Source of the DNA: an uncultured Acidobacteriota bacterium
Lineage (GTDB): Bacteria; Acidobacteriota; Vicinamibacteria; Vicinamibacterales; UBA2999
DNA length: 64,000 bases
Direction: 5' to 3'
Assembly: GCA_963723005.1 (NCBI GenBank)
Contig: CAVRPA010000006.1
Span: 81,280 to 145,279 of the forward strand
A program made the translations under genes and the position numbers. Numbering within the stretch: position 1 is the stretch's first letter; each line of letters starts with the position of its first letter. The notes beneath the pieces were generated by a model. That model did not search any database and was not told where the DNA came from. It saw only the letters and a program-made list of their open reading frames with translations. Below are positions 61,400 to 64,000 of this stretch, one piece after another.

Positions 61400-64000
61400 T
61401 CAGAACCGATACGTCGTGGCGAACTGGAACTGCCGCCCGGGCCAGACCGCACTGCCGCCGGTGTGTTGTCCGAAGTTGGCGGCGGTGATGACCCCGACGT
61501 AGCCGTCGGCGGTCACGTTCCACTGGTTGAACGCATTGAAGATGTCGGCACGGAACTCGATCCGGTCATCTCCCACGCGGAAGATGCGCGCCAGCGTGAA
61601 GTCCGTGTAGACGATCGAGTCGCCGCGCGCCGTGTTCCGTTCGCCGGGCCGCGCCGCCTGGCAGCCGCGGGTGCTGCACTGCGTCAGCTGCGTCCCCGTC
61701 GGGTCGCCGGCATAACGGATGGAGTAGGGCGTGCCGCTCATCGCGCGGCTGACGCCGCTCAGGCGCCAGTCCCTGGTGATGATGTTTTCCCCCGGCACGT
61801 TCCAGGTGGCGCTGGCGACGAAGTTGTTGGGCGTGTCGGCACCGGTCCGGCCGCGGTCCAGCTCGGGATCGTTGCTGTCCTCGGGCGCGAACCAGTGATT
61901 CAACCGGTCCTCGGCCTTCGACAGGGTGTAGGACACCGACAGCGTCAGGGGCGCGGTCCGGTAGTTCCCGGAGAAACGCACGCCCTGGTACCAGAAGCGG
62001 CCTTCGTTCGTGAGCACCTCGACGCGGCGGAAGCCGTTCGGCACCGGAAGCTCGGGGCGCGTCAGGTCGGCCTGCGCCACCGTACGGATGGTCGCGCCGT
62101 TGGCGGCGTTGAGGACGTCCTTCGAGATCGACGCCGGCGCGTTCTGGTCGAGGAAGCCCTGCTTCTGGCCGCGGTTGAGATTGGCGTCGATCGCCACGCT
62201 GGCTCGCGCGCCGACCTGCCGCTGGACGCCGAAGCTGGCCGTCCACGCGCGCTCGTTCTCGAGCGTCGGCGAGATCTCCTGAATCGAGCGAATCGGCAGC
62301 ACCGTGTCAGACGGCAGCGACGGGATCGCGTTCGGGTAGGTCGGGAACAGCGGGTTGCCGGGGGTCAGGTTCAACGTCACGAGGCCGTTCCGGCCGCCCA
62401 CACCACCCTTGACGATGGTGAAGATGGCCTGCTGCTGCGTGAACCAGCCGGTGCCGCCGCGCACCGCCCACTTCTGGTCGCCGGCGACGTCCCAGGCGAA
62501 GCCGAGACGCGGATCGACGTTGTCCTTGTCGGCCGGTGCCGGATAGTCGGGCACGTTCTTGATCCATTCGACGTCGTAGCGCACGCCGAGGTTGACCGTC
62601 AGGTTGCTGGCGACGCGCCAGTCGTCCTGGAGGAAGCTGGTGAGCACGTAGGCCTTCGGGAACATCAGCCGCGCCTCGGGAACCAGCGCGAACGCCTGAT
62701 CGTCCTGGAACGGCGTCGGCGCCACGTTGGGCGCGCCGGCGAAGCGGTAAACACCGTTCTGCAGCGGCGCGAACAGCTGCTCGGTGACGTCGTAGGTGAG
62801 CGAGCCGCCGGTCTTGATGGTGTGCGCGCCGAACCAGAGCGACACCGTATCGGCGACGTCATAGGTCTCTTCCGGCAGCACGCCCCACGTGCCCTGGTCG
62901 TAGCAGCCGCTGGTCGAGTAGGCGGTGCGGACAATGGCGACGCCCTCGCACTTGGCCTCGCGCGAATCGGTGTAGCGCGAGTACCTGCCCACGGACTTCG
63001 TTCAGGAACCGCTCCGAGCGCACGCTCTGGAACGTGCCGTGGATGGTATCCACGTTGTTGTCCCAGTTGAACCCCGTGCCCGGCAGGTTCAACCCGCCGC
63101 TCTCGTTGTCCTTGTGCCACCGCACCATGTTGTAGCGCACGCCCAGCGACGACTTCTCGGTGAAGCGGATGTCGGCGCGGAACTGGCCCTGGTGCTCGTC
63201 GGCCGGAGTCTGGACCACCGGCGCGGTCGCCTCGGGCGAGGTGAGCGCCACTTCGCTGCGCTCGCGGCGGCGCTCGTAGCTGCCGAAGAAGAACGCCTTG
63301 TCCTTGATCATCGGGCCGCCGAGGACGCCGCCGAACTGCTGCTGGTTGTAGGGGGCCTTGGTCGGCGCCAGGGGTGGCTTGGCGTCCCAGTCGCCGGGCC
63401 GGATCATCACGAACGCCGAACCGGACACGATGTTGGTCCCGCTCTTGGTGATCATGCTGGACACGCCGGCGGCATGGCCGCCGAACTCGGCCGAGAACTG
63501 GTTGGTGATGATCTGCATCTCCTTCACCGTCTCCAGCGCGAAGCCGCCCGACCCGAGCTGCGGCGCGCGCTGCAGCGTCAGCCACTTCGAGTGGTTGTTG
63601 GTGCCATCCACGTAGGTGCCGAAGTTCCACACCTCGCCACCGCCGACGTTGACGGCGTTGGTGCCGGGCCGGCTGGCGACGACGTTCGAGTCGAGCGTGA
63701 GGAGCCGCATGTAGTTGCGTTCCTTCACGGGCAGCGTCTCGAACTGCGTCCGATCGATCGTCGTCGACACCTCGGCCGAGGTCGTCTGCACGATCGGCGA
63801 ATCACCGGCGACGGTGATCGTCTCCTGCAGCGACGACAGCTTCATCTGGATGTTGATCACCGCCCGCTGGCCGGCGTTGAAGACGAGATTGTTCCTGATC
63901 TGGCTGGCGAAGCCGGTCAGCTCGGTTTCGATCTCGTAGCGGCCTTCGGGTGGCAGGCCGGAAAACACGTAACGTCCGGACGTGTCGGTGGTCGCCGTGC
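61400..64000 (-). CDS. Oar-type TonB-dependent receptor (5'-truncated by the window; frameshift near 62990)
   Basis: 'ETITV', 'SAEFG', 'TKSGTN', 'QDDWR..NLT.NLGVRYD', 'PRLGFAWD', 'IFNAFN', C-terminal Phe. Confidence 0.92.

Noticed and set aside
60758-63070. Long antisense ORFs (770 aa here; also 30871-32751, 21377-22957, 52892-55000)
   Set aside because: Shadow ORFs typical of high-GC DNA, lying opposite or overlapping well-supported genes, with no motifs.

Overview
GC-rich bacterial chromosome window. The gene content (ADOP-type permease, CadC/TPR regulator, Oar-type TonB receptor, 'EAGSAPGLSD' Fn3 proteins, heptamer intergenic repeats) suggests Acidobacteriota, Vicinamibacterales-like; this is an inference. 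About 20 apparent single-base frameshifts split otherwise intact genes, most likely long-read indel errors, so many CDS spans below are reconstructed across frames. Most of the window is ordinary housekeeping and secreted-protein content: dctA, PLP decarboxylase, peptidase E, AlkA, EVE protein, beta-carbonic anhydrase, amidase, EF-P-like protein, M48 peptidase and a Met/homoserine operon. The standout is a compositionally distinct minus-strand block at about 56.8-60.6 kb that looks like an undescribed RiPP-like system. It contains a nucleotidyltransferase, an 87-aa Tat-like precursor with core QYR-(GN)12-AVAVS, and a probable single fusion protein of a DUF692/MNIO-like domain lacking most iron ligands, a PqqD/RRE, a helical domain and an HprK-related kinase, with no lasso cyclase. 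Secondary points: an AprAB-like flavoprotein/ferredoxin module, a MetX-Hom fusion with a SahR-like operator, an EfpL/YeiP-type EF-P paralogue, three tandem Fn3 genes each preceded by a sigma54-like motif, drifting heptamer repeats and a pervasive leaderless-promoter signature.
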